Shown here one piece after another: positions 1 to 8,246 of a stretch of DNA of 32,201 nucleotides; positions within the stretch are counted from its first letter, which is position 1; the number at the start of each line of letters is the position of its first letter. Made by a program: the position numbers and the translations under genes. The stretch comes from an uncultured Candidatus Peribacteria bacterium (GTDB lineage: Bacteria > Patescibacteriota > Gracilibacteria > UBA1369 > LOWO2-01-FULL-3), in contig CAYODN010000001.1 of the NCBI GenBank assembly GCA_964402735.1, positions 1 to 32,201 on the forward strand. The letters are read 5' to 3'. The notes under the pieces were generated by a model. That model had not been told where the DNA came from, searched no databases, and worked only from the letters and a program-made list of their open reading frames with translations.

Positions 1-698
1 CTTTTGTTTTCATCAAGCCCTTCACGTCCTTCAAAAATGAGTCCCTTACTATCAAGCATATTCACGTTTGAAAAACCATACTGCACAAGAAGCCTAGCGA
101 TAGCACTTCCGGCTGCCCCGGTTCCGGAAATTACCACTTTATTTGCTAAAGGGGATTTGCCTGTAAGTTTCAAAGAATTTATCAAACCAGCAAGCACCAC
201 AATCGCAGTACCGTGTTGGTCATCATGAAAAACGGGAATTTTAAGCCGTTTTTTAAGCTCGTTTTCGATATAAAAACAATTAGGAGCGGCAATATCCTCA
301 AGGTTGATTCCTCCAAATTGCCCGGAAATCGCCTCAACAATTCGAATAAACTCATCCGGATCTTTACTGTCCACACAAATCGGAAAGCTATCGATATCCC
401 CGAATTTTTTGAACAGCACGGACTTTCCCTCCATCACTGGAAGCCCCGCAAGGGCCCCGATATTCCCAAGCCCAAGCACCGCAGTCCCATCAGTAATTAC
501 GGCAACCATGTGGCTTTTCATCGTATAATCGTAAGCGGTGGTTGGATCTTTTTGAATTTCACGGCAAGGCTCGGCCACTCCGGGGGTGTAGTACACGCGC
601 AAATCATCACGAGTTTCAAGTGGCACGCTCGGACAAATATTGATTTTTCCATGCGCCTCTTTGTGCTTTTCCAGCGAGAGTTCATATATATTTCCCAT
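1..698 (-). CDS. NAD(P)-dependent malic enzyme, N-terminal ~232 codons (3' end lies beyond the window start)
   Basis: Absent from the ORF track because it has no stop inside the window. Reverse complement from ATG (696-698) reads MGNIYELSLEKHKEAHGKINICPSVPLETRDDLRVYYTPGVAEPCREIQKDP..MVAVITDGTAVLGLGNIGALAGLPVMEGKSVLFKKFGDID..GGINLEDIAAPNCFYIENELKKRLKIPVFHDDQHGTAIVVLAGLINSLK..VVISGTGAAGSAIARLL and stays open to position 1. These are classic malic-enzyme N-domain and GxGxxG NAD-domain motifs. Confidence 0.9.
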   Translation of the reverse strand, partial: MGNIYELSLEKHKEAHGKINICPSVPLETRDDLRVYYTPGVAEPCREIQKDPTTAYDYTMKSHMVAVITDGTAVLGLGNIGALAGLPVMEGKSVLFKKFGDIDSFPICVDSKDPDEFIRIVEAISGQFGGINLEDIAAPNCFYIENELKKRLKIPVFHDDQHGTAIVVLAGLINSLKLTGKSPLANKVVISGTGAAGSAIARLLVQYGFSNVNMLDSKGLIFEGREGLDENK

Positions 699-739
699 AA
701 TTTTTCTGTTATTGTGCACGGGATTTTAATCCTCTTTTT

Positions 740-961
740 ATGACTATTCAACCCGGACTTTATCGCCATTTTAAGGGCAAAGAATACGAAGTCATTGGAA
801 CGGCTCACCACAGCGAAACCCTCGAAGAATTGGTGGTTTACCGCGCCCTCTACACCTCTCCCGAATTTGGTGAAAACGCCCTCTGGGTCCGCCCCCTCGC
901 CATGTGGGAAGAGGAAGTGGAATTTGAAGGGAAGAGAGTTAAAAGATTCGAGAAAATCTGA
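740..961 (+). CDS. DUF1653-family small protein
   Basis: 73 aa. The YRHFKGKEYEVIGTAHHSETLEELVVYRALY..LWVRPLAMW pattern matches my memory of the DUF1653 family. It is divergent from the malic enzyme with only 41 bp between the start codons. Confidence 0.75.
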   Translation: MTIQPGLYRHFKGKEYEVIGTAHHSETLEELVVYRALYTSPEFGENALWVRPLAMWEEEVEFEGKRVKRFEKI

Positions 962-1080
962 ACGCCACAAGTAAATTATTGAATTTTAAAAGAGATCTCA
1001 AATCATTCTAAAAAGGCCTTAAGTTTTTTTTACAATCAAATTAATGGCTTATGAATGGGGATTTTTGAGAGCACTTTTGA

Positions 1081-1161
1081 GCAAAAAACGGCTTGGTCAA
1101 AATCGATGGATTTTGCGTTTTTTGCGAAACGAGGTTTGCTTTCAGCAGGAGAAAGCAAACC
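1081..1161 (+). other. Two consecutive perfect stem-loops in the largest intergenic region
   Basis: GCAAAAAACG (1081-1090) pairs with CGTTTTTTGC (1116-1125), a 10-bp stem with a 25-nt loop. GGTTTGCTTTC (1133-1143) pairs with GAAAGCAAACC (1151-1161), an 11-bp stem with a 7-nt loop. No T-tract abuts either stem, so neither is a textbook terminator. Confidence 0.35.
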
Positions 1162-1292
1162 GCTGCTCGAAAAAATTTTTATTCATAAGCCAAAGAGAAT
1201 CAAAAAAAATAAAACTGGGGCCTTCTTACGATCATTTTCTTGACAATAATATTTAATATCTCAAACTAAAGAAAATTCAAATCCTATTCAAA

Positions 1293-3497
1293 TTGCAAAA
1301 AAAGTCTTTTTCGACAAATCTTGAAAAAACTATCAGAATTCTTGTAAAGGTTCCTCAATCAAATGAACAAAAAGAAGACTCGATGAGTGCTTTTTTAAGT
1401 CTCATAAATAGGATGATTCCTGAAAAAGAACCAATCGGACTCGAAATTTTGGCTCACGATTCGTTTATGCGATTTATTATAGCTTTTCCGGAAAAGCTTC
1501 GAAACATTGTGGAATCAAACCTCTATGCACGTTTTCCAAATATAGAAATCTCAGAAATCGACGAAGGGTTTCCCTTCAAGACTTTAAAATTTGCGGTTTT
1601 GGAAATGAAATTTCATAAAAACGAATTCTTTCCTCTGGCCACTCATAAATCATTAAAAGAAAATTTCCTGAGAAATTTTGCGGCTTCCGTCGGCGATGTT
1701 TCAGATCCCGAAAAAATTCTTTTTCAAATAGTCGTAAAAAAACTTTCGAAAAAAACCTCATTTAGAAAATTAAAAATTCTTTATCTTAAGCTTTTAAAAA
1801 ATAAGTCTGAAAAACACCAAAAATATTACGAAAAAACTTCCGAGCCCCTTTTTATCGGGAAAATTCGTTTGATATGTTTTTCCGATACACATGAAAACGC
1901 CGTAAAAAAACTTAAAGCGACCCTCAAAATTTTCAAAGCCCTGGATTCAAGTGTTAATAAGCTTGAAAAAGATCGAATATCAATTTCTCCGCTTATCAAA
2001 TCAAAGGTCATAAATGCGAAAATTTCCAAAGGCCAACTTTTAAATTCCGATGAAATTGCGACAATGTATCATTTCCCTTATGTCGGAAGTTTGGTTGTAA
2101 ACGCGGTAAGCACCTCTTCAAAGCGTGCGCCCGCTCCCGATATTTTGCCTGTCGAAGGCGCATCACCTGCAAAAGATATTTCAATTTTCGGGGAGACTAC
2201 TTATCGAAACGAAGGAAAGCGCTTCGGGATCAAAAGAATCGATCGTAGAAGGCATCTGTATGTCGTTGGAAAAACCGGAAGCGGAAAAAGTAAACTTCTC
2301 GAATTATTGCTTATTTCAGATATTCAAAACGGTCATGGCTGTTGTCTTATAGATCCGCACGGTGACTTGGCGGAGGAATTGCTGAATTATGTACCGAAAG
2401 AACGCATAAACGATGTCGTTTACATAAATCCGTCCGACAAAGATTATCCGATAGCCTTTAATCCGCTTGAGCCGCTTATGGATTACGAAAAACGCCAGCA
2501 TTTATGTACTTTTTTCATCGCGATTTTTCGAAAATTATTTTCTGTAAACTGGAATCCGAGGCTTGAACACATTATTCGTTTTATTGTTCTCGCCCTACTC
2601 GAAACGCCTGATTCAAACATATTGGGTATTTCCCGCATTCTTTCGGACACTACCTTTAGACAGCGGGTAATAAAACACATAAAAGACCCGATTGTGAAAA
2701 GTTTTTGGACAAGTGAGTTTGCGGGATACAACGATAAGTTCGCTAATGATGCAATCGTGCCTCTGATAAATAAAGTCGGTCAGTTTATCGCAAACCCGAT
2801 TTTACGAAACATGATCGGTCAGCAAAAAAACGCACTCAATTTCGCAAAATTTATGGATGAAGGAAAAATCGTTTTGATCAATGTTTCAAAGGGAAAACTC
2901 GGAGAAGAAAACGCGGCACTTCTCGGATCCATGTTTATCACGAAAATTCAGGAAGCGGCGCTTTCGAGGGCCGGCATCAAGGAGGAACTTCGCCGTGATT
3001 TTTATTTCTATGTTGATGAGTTTCAGAATTTCGCCACGGACGCGTTTTCGAGTATTTTATCGGAAGCGCGAAAATATCACTTGAATTTGACCATAGCCCA
3101 TCAATATATAGCACAGCTTCCGGAAGATGTGAAAGCCACGGCTTTTGGAAACGTGGGCTCAATGATCGTCTTTCCCGTGGGTGGCGATGATGCGGCTTAT
3201 TTGCATAAAGAATTCGCACCCGTATTTACGGCGGAAGATATTATTAATCTTGATGTTCGGGATATGTACATAAAAATGTCGATAGACGGAAGACTTACAC
3301 CGCCTTTTTCAGCCAAAACCATCACGGTACCTTCCGCCACTCATAATTTTTCGCAGGAAATCAAAACGCATTCACGTCTTACATACGGTAAAAATCGCGT
3401 CTCTGTCGAAAACGAAATCGCAAAATGGACATCTTCTCAAACGGATTTTTCAGAGCAAATTTCAAAAAATTCCGGTTTCCCCGAGCCCTTGGTTTAG
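1293..3497 (+). CDS. Type IV secretion coupling-protein-like (VirD4/TraD/TrwB family) P-loop ATPase
   Basis: 734-aa ORF. Walker A is VVGKTGSGKSKLLELLLISD followed by CCLIDPHGDL. Walker B is FYFYVDEFQNFAT. LTIAHQYIAQL resembles the TraD/TraG C-terminal motif. The start is uncertain: TTG at 1293 or ATG at 1383. Confidence 0.75.
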   Translation: MQKKSFSTNLEKTIRILVKVPQSNEQKEDSMSAFLSLINRMIPEKEPIGLEILAHDSFMRFIIAFPEKLRNIVESNLYARFPNIEISEIDEGFPFKTLKFAVLEMKFHKNEFFPLATHKSLKENFLRNFAASVGDVSDPEKILFQIVVKKLSKKTSFRKLKILYLKLLKNKSEKHQKYYEKTSEPLFIGKIRLICFSDTHENAVKKLKATLKIFKALDSSVNKLEKDRISISPLIKSKVINAKISKGQLLNSDEIATMYHFPYVGSLVVNAVSTSSKRAPAPDILPVEGASPAKDISIFGETTYRNEGKRFGIKRIDRRRHLYVVGKTGSGKSKLLELLLISDIQNGHGCCLIDPHGDLAEELLNYVPKERINDVVYINPSDKDYPIAFNPLEPLMDYEKRQHLCTFFIAIFRKLFSVNWNPRLEHIIRFIVLALLETPDSNILGISRILSDTTFRQRVIKHIKDPIVKSFWTSEFAGYNDKFANDAIVPLINKVGQFIANPILRNMIGQQKNALNFAKFMDEGKIVLINVSKGKLGEENAALLGSMFITKIQEAALSRAGIKEELRRDFYFYVDEFQNFATDAFSSILSEARKYHLNLTIAHQYIAQLPEDVKATAFGNVGSMIVFPVGGDDAAYLHKEFAPVFTAEDIINLDVRDMYIKMSIDGRLTPPFSAKTITVPSATHNFSQEIKTHSRLTYGKNRVSVENEIAKWTSSQTDFSEQISKNSGFPEPLV

Positions 3498-4414
3498 ACC
3501 TTAATATCAGCCCACCCCGGATTTTTCAGCCTTAAATCTTTTAAAATTTCCGCACTTATTCGAGCATAGCTTTCGGGATCAAGTTGCCTGTTTAAAATGC
3601 AAAATTCTTTGTGAGAAATATTTACACAAAAAAGACAATTTTTTAAATCCGAGCAATTAAAAAGATACGAACAATCCGTACAATGCCCCGAATAAATGGC
3701 GTGATCCGAATTATACATAGACACGCAATCGACACATTCATAGCAAAGATTATTACCATGACTTTGTGTTAAATCAGCGCAATTATCATTTTTATTGCTG
3801 TCAAAAGCGTAAAAAGTATCCGAATTTAAAGACGAATCAAACATCAAATATGAATTTTTATTGTGATACATATAATTCCCATAAACCGTATTATCATTGA
3901 ATGCCTCATTTGTTTGGGTCCACGGAAAAAGTTTTTTAAATTCATCAAAATATGCAAACACGGAGGCACGCGAAAGATTTTTATATTTTTTGATCTGTTC
4001 TCTGTATTCATTTTCGGAAAGTTGCCTGTTAAAAATGCAAAAAGATTTGTTTTTCAAATTAACGCATCCGAACACATCATGACAATCGGTACACGCAAAA
4101 CACACTGAAGAATCTCGCAAAGTCGCACAATTTTCCAAAAAACTCGAATTATAACATTTGTGAGAATCGGTACATTCATAACACAACTCGCACTCGACAC
4201 TATGAGACACATCCATGCAATTCGCGCACATATAAGAGGAAAACAGATATGTACTATCCGTGCAATTTGAGCAATCGAAAGAATCATACATATTCTTGGA
4301 GTGATAGAGCATATCGCCGAAATCACAGTCCTCGGTCATAAAATTATGAGTGGGAATCTTGGGAATTAAGCGAATGATTCTCTGAAATTCGGACAAAAAA
4401 GCCTCTGCGTTCAT
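3494..4414 (-). CDS. Cysteine-rich repeat protein, internally duplicated, function unknown
   Basis: 306 aa with about 40 Cys in short CxxC / CxDC / CxNC units. The two halves end in CVNLKNKSFCIFNRQLSENEY and CVNISHKEFCILNRQLDPESY. It is in the same frame as the upstream zinc-ribbon ORF, separated only by TAA-AAA-AAC. Confidence 0.7.
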   Translation of the reverse strand: MNAEAFLSEFQRIIRLIPKIPTHNFMTEDCDFGDMLYHSKNMYDSFDCSNCTDSTYLFSSYMCANCMDVSHSVECELCYECTDSHKCYNSSFLENCATLRDSSVCFACTDCHDVFGCVNLKNKSFCIFNRQLSENEYREQIKKYKNLSRASVFAYFDEFKKLFPWTQTNEAFNDNTVYGNYMYHNKNSYLMFDSSLNSDTFYAFDSNKNDNCADLTQSHGNNLCYECVDCVSMYNSDHAIYSGHCTDCSYLFNCSDLKNCLFCVNISHKEFCILNRQLDPESYARISAEILKDLRLKNPGWADIKV

Positions 4415-4420
4415 GTTTTT

Positions 4421-4735
4421 TTAATTAATTTCAGGAAGCGGATCTGAAATAATGGTATCGTTTTCTTCGAAATATTTCTGATAATCCTCTCGGCATAAAA
4501 TCATATTTTCCGTTTTCTCGGGATCATAGGAAACGACAATATCTTTGCCACATTTCCTGCACTTAGTCTTAAAAAGTTTCTGCTCAGATCCTCGAAGCTC
4601 AAGCCTTCGCTTTTGGCGACAATTTGGACAATTTTTCGGAAACGGGAGATTTTGCCCGCATAAAAACTCCTGCTCACGGTCTATTATCAGAAACGCCCTA
4701 CCACAACTTTCGCAATTTTGAGTGATATTACTCAT
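4421..4735 (-). CDS. Zinc-ribbon protein (zf-trcl-like, CxxC x3)
   Basis: 104 aa. The CESCGRAFLIIDREQEFLCGQNLPFPKNCPNCRQKRR pattern matches the probable zinc-ribbon family (CxxC..F.....EQ.F......P..C..CR..RR). A further CRKCGK motif follows. Confidence 0.7.
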   Translation of the reverse strand: MSNITQNCESCGRAFLIIDREQEFLCGQNLPFPKNCPNCRQKRRLELRGSEQKLFKTKCRKCGKDIVVSYDPEKTENMILCREDYQKYFEENDTIISDPLPEIN

Positions 4736-4871
4736 AAAAATATTGATTAACCATAAAAAGCATAATTTTTAATATTTATTAATCAATAGATTTTTCATAA
4801 GCATTTTGATAAAAAATTTAAGAAATTACACAAAAAGATTAAGTTAAAAATACAAATCGAAATAATTTAAA

Positions 4872-5624
4872 ATGAATAATATTAATTTAACCTCTATTAT
4901 TAAAGAAAACTTCCTCCTACCACTTGAATTTGAAACTAGAGTAAATAATTTTTGGCAGGATCAAATAGAACAAAATCCAAAACTTTTTAATGGTGTGGTT
5001 TTTGGAGTAGAAAAAATAGAAAGAGTCAATGAACAGGTTTCGTTTACATTAATAAAAAGTAATTTCGCACATTATTTATACACTCAAAAAATAGGGGATT
5101 TAGGCCAATACAACCTTATAAATATTTTTTGCTCGGTCATTATTAAAACAAAAGATGATTATTTTGTTTTTGGAAAAATGAACATTCATACTTCGATGCC
5201 AGGTCAAATTCAGTTTTGTGGCGGAGGAATAGACAATGAGGATATAATTGATAATCAAGTAAACTTCACAAACTGTATCAGTAGGGAATTAACGGAAGAA
5301 ATGTTTCTAAGCGGACTTACTCCCGAATTATATAGTGTATATCAAATACCCGAACGGAATAAGGTAGCCGTAATTTTTAATTTAAATCTTGATTTAAGCA
5401 AATCTGAAATTGAAAATAATTTTTTTAAAAACAAAAATTCAAATTCGGAATTTCAAGAATTAATTTTTACAAAAAACAACAAAAAGGCAATCTCTGAATT
5501 TCTGACTAACCCAAATTTGGAAATAATAGTAGTAAAGTTCCTTCAATCCGGACTTAAAGCCATTAGGATCGCACAACACGGAATATCTGCAAGTTCTAAA
5601 AACACATTTTTAATATTATGTTAA
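4872..5624 (+). CDS. Nudix-fold-like protein with a degenerate Nudix box
   Basis: 250 aa. GGGIDNEDIIDNQVNFTNCISRELTEEMF resembles GX5E..REUXEE, but with an insertion between the first Glu and RE. The C-terminal third is low-complexity and N/K-rich. Confidence 0.45.
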   Translation: MNNINLTSIIKENFLLPLEFETRVNNFWQDQIEQNPKLFNGVVFGVEKIERVNEQVSFTLIKSNFAHYLYTQKIGDLGQYNLINIFCSVIIKTKDDYFVFGKMNIHTSMPGQIQFCGGGIDNEDIIDNQVNFTNCISRELTEEMFLSGLTPELYSVYQIPERNKVAVIFNLNLDLSKSEIENNFFKNKNSNSEFQELIFTKNNKKAISEFLTNPNLEIIVVKFLQSGLKAIRIAQHGISASSKNTFLILC

Positions 5625-5688
5625 AATTTTCTAGAATTTGAGAAATGTCTTGAAAAATAAACTCGAATTTATAACAAATTTTTTGTCT

Positions 5689-6324
5689 ATGATTTATTTA
5701 ATTGGAGGTCCTGTAAAATGCGGGAAAACAACATTGGCGAAAAAATTGTCAAAATTGACAGGAATTTCTTGTATTTCCGTAGATATTTTAAGGCAAATTG
5801 CGAAAAAATATACCGACCCATCTCGGCATGAGGAAATGTTCCCACTAAACGCAATTGTTAAACAAATGCCAAATGATAATGATTTGCTTTATGCAACCTA
5901 TTCTATCCAAGAAGTCATTGATGCATCACAAAAACAAGGTGTGTCATGTTACAAAGCTATTGAAATTATGGCTTTATCAAATGCGGAATATATCATTGAG
6001 GGACATCAAGTAACGCCGGAATTGCTTGAAAAATTGATTAGTCAAAATGGAAAAAATAAGGATATAAAGGGAATTTTTTTAACTAAAACAAACAAAGAAA
6101 AGCTCGTACAAGATTTTACAAAAAATCCATTTCCGGAAGAAGATTGGATTATCAAAGGAACAAAAGACCGAAACAAAACTTTTCCCAAAATCGCTCAGAT
6201 GATTGCCGCTTATAGTAAATATTTTGAGACGGAAGCAAAAAAGTATGGTTTCAAAGTTTTCAACATGAATGACGATTTTGATAATCAAATAGACAAGGCG
6301 ATTAAGTTTTTGACCACTGCCTAA
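5689..6324 (+). CDS. P-loop NTPase / small-molecule kinase-like protein
   Basis: Walker A is LIGGPVKCGKTTLAKKLS, right after the ATG at 5689 (MIYLIGGP). The track's TTG at 5638 is a possible alternative start. IIEGHQVTPELL resembles the lid region of AAA_33 / 2-phosphoglycerate-kinase-like kinases. Confidence 0.6.
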   Translation: MIYLIGGPVKCGKTTLAKKLSKLTGISCISVDILRQIAKKYTDPSRHEEMFPLNAIVKQMPNDNDLLYATYSIQEVIDASQKQGVSCYKAIEIMALSNAEYIIEGHQVTPELLEKLISQNGKNKDIKGIFLTKTNKEKLVQDFTKNPFPEEDWIIKGTKDRNKTFPKIAQMIAAYSKYFETEAKKYGFKVFNMNDDFDNQIDKAIKFLTTA

Positions 6325-6479
6325 AATATTTTTAATAGCGGATGATTTTTTCACATCACAAAACAGACTATGCTTTTCAACCCCTTACCTCGTTTGTTCG
6401 CTCGCCAAATTGGACATCTACATATCTTCGGCATATTGTACATCCATAGTCCGGTCCGTTATTTAAAATCGTTAATAAC

Positions 6480-6986
6480 ATGATTAATTCATTACAAGTA
6501 TTCCCTAAAAACAAAGATTCATTCCTTGAGCTCATAAAATTCGGGGAAAATATTTTTGATATTTGCAAAGAATTAAAACTAAATCCGATCATATACGGAG
6601 GTTTGGCATATTTTTATTATACAAATGATATGAAAACTCCGGTTGGAGATTTGGATATTCTTGTTCCGGAATCATCGTTTCCGAAAATAAAAAAGATATT
6701 GAAAGATAGAAACATTTCTTTTAAAGATATCCCTCAATGGAAAAGTATTGTTTGCTCACAAGGAAATTTAAAAGTCGACATTGATTCACTTGAATGGTGT
6801 TTAGGGGAAATTAACAAAAACACGATTTCTGTTCATATCGAGGGGCAAAAGTGCAAAATCCTAAATCTCGAATCGCTCATAAAAGTTTACGAAATATCTG
6901 TTGATAAAATGCCCAACACTTCGGAATTTGAGCTACAGCGGAAATTATATTCAAGGAAACTGGAAAATCTTCAAAAAATTTCTTAA
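6480..6986 (+). CDS. Nucleotidyltransferase-fold protein (Lnu/ANT-like size and motif)
   Basis: 168 aa. IIYGGLAYFYY..PVGDLDILVPE fits the G-x-n-DxD pol-beta NTase signature. The size resembles small antibiotic nucleotidyltransferases, but the substrate is not inferable. Confidence 0.5.
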   Translation: MINSLQVFPKNKDSFLELIKFGENIFDICKELKLNPIIYGGLAYFYYTNDMKTPVGDLDILVPESSFPKIKKILKDRNISFKDIPQWKSIVCSQGNLKVDIDSLEWCLGEINKNTISVHIEGQKCKILNLESLIKVYEISVDKMPNTSEFELQRKLYSRKLENLQKIS

Positions 6987-7123
6987 GATTATAATAAATC
7001 AAACAAAAGGATATTTATGGCTAGAATCCTGTCGCTTCTTTTCTGCATATAAGTATAAAACTAGAAAATTTAGGTCCGGTTATACTTGTCCCAAATTGTC
7101 TCGCCCAAAATCTTCGTATATAC

Positions 7124-7149
7124 TTGCGATAGTATATTTACTATCGCAA
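7124..7149. promoter_or_regulatory. Perfect 11-bp inverted repeat ending 2 nt before a start codon
   Basis: TTGCGATAGTA-tatt-TACTATCGCAA spans 7124-7149, and the ATG is at 7152. It could be an operator or an RNA hairpin occluding the initiation region. Confidence 0.4.
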
Positions 7150-7151
7150 AA

Positions 7152-7580
7152 ATGAAAAAAATTACACTACCGGCAACATTATTTGTCTTAACGTTGGGTC
7201 TAATTTTACATGTTTTATTGGGAACATTTTTAGTCGAAGAATTGGTATTCGGCGATGCTTTCGCGACAATGTTCGAAAAAATAATGTACCACATTGCAGT
7301 TCTTCCTCCTTTTGCAATCGCAATTTTGTTCTACAAAGAGACTCAAAATCTATTAAAATCCCTGGGATATTCGGGATTCTTCTATTTGATAAGTTTTATT
7401 TTGGTAGCGCTTTATCACTTTGTTCCAACTGAAACTAATTATGCAACAGGGGAACAAATCTCTCTTGGTAGTTACGGTTTTTATGTGACAGGAGGGGGAT
7501 CTGGAGCCATTGCCATCCTGCCCCAAGTTCTTTTGACCATCGTAATAGTCTTTGCAGTTCATCGATATTTAAAAAAATAA
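7152..7580 (+). CDS. Integral membrane protein, function unknown
   Basis: MKKITLPATLFVLTLGLILHVLLG followed by 3-4 more hydrophobic segments. I chose ATG 7152 over the track's upstream start at 7086 because the extension is non-hydrophobic and covers the inverted repeat. Confidence 0.55.
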   Translation: MKKITLPATLFVLTLGLILHVLLGTFLVEELVFGDAFATMFEKIMYHIAVLPPFAIAILFYKETQNLLKSLGYSGFFYLISFILVALYHFVPTETNYATGEQISLGSYGFYVTGGGSGAIAILPQVLLTIVIVFAVHRYLKK

Positions 7581-7712
7581 TACATCCGAAACAAAGCAGA
7601 AATTCGAAATTTCTCCGCTACGCTATACTGAAATTTACTTTTCAATACATCCCAAGTAAACTTCAGACATAGAAAAATATTAAGTGAAATAACTTTTTTT
7701 AACACTTAAAAA

Positions 7713-8246
7713 ATGAATATTTCAAAAGTATATCCAATTTCTGAAAACAAAGAAAATATACCAATAATAGAATCTGAAAGAGCAAATTTTTTCAGTCCCA
7801 CTCAATCAGATTACGAAGATATATTCTCTTTATACAACAATGAAGAAACAAGAAAATATTTAGGTGGAATAGTAGAAAGGAAAGAATTTGAAAAAAAATT
7901 TATAGATTTATTTTCTGCAAAACTCCCAGAATGTCATTTTGTTATAAGAGAAAAAGAATCAAATAGTATAATAGGAATGGTGTCCATAACCAGACATCAC
8001 GATCAAGAACATTTTGAAATTTCTTACGAGTTACATCCAAATTTTTGGGGTAAGGGGCTAGGAACGGAGGTCTCATTGAAAATTATAGAATATGCATTCA
8101 GTGAGCTTGGTTTAAAAGAGTTAATTGCGGAAACACAGAAAAAAAATCAGACTTCAGTCAAATTATTAGAAAAAATAGGAATGACTTTCGTAAAAGAGAT
8201 TGAAAGGTTTGGAGAAAAACAAGTTATTTATACTATAAAATTATGA
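7713..8246 (+). CDS. GNAT family N-acetyltransferase (RimJ/RimL-like)
   Basis: 177 aa. The acetyl-CoA motif A is FWGKGLGTEVSLKIIEYAF, followed by AETQKKNQTSVKLLEKIGM. Confidence 0.85.
   Translation: MNISKVYPISENKENIPIIESERANFFSPTQSDYEDIFSLYNNEETRKYLGGIVERKEFEKKFIDLFSAKLPECHFVIREKESNSIIGMVSITRHHDQEHFEISYELHPNFWGKGLGTEVSLKIIEYAFSELGLKELIAETQKKNQTSVKLLEKIGMTFVKEIERFGEKQVIYTIKL

Noticed and set aside
4-743. ORF-track ORFs 4-228(+), 182-376(-), 213-743(+) and 304-528(+)
   Set aside because: All overlap the minus-strand malic enzyme frame, which has unmistakable family motifs. Their translations are low-complexity with no motifs, so they are shadow ORFs.
518-970. 150-aa minus-strand ORF
   Set aside because: It is antisense to the DUF1653 gene and out of frame with the malic enzyme. 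It has no motifs, and accepting it would delete two recognisable genes.
1240-1245. TTGACA hexamer upstream of the T4CP-like gene as a promoter -35
   Set aside because: No acceptable -10 lies at 16-18 nt spacing. TAATAT is only 8 nt away, and the hexamers at the correct spacing are CAAACT/AAACTA.
1044-1256. 70-aa and 62-aa + strand ORFs in the 962-1292 gap
   Set aside because: The two ORFs overlap each other in different frames. Their peptides are basic and low-complexity. Both span the two perfect hairpins. A non-coding or structured region is more likely.
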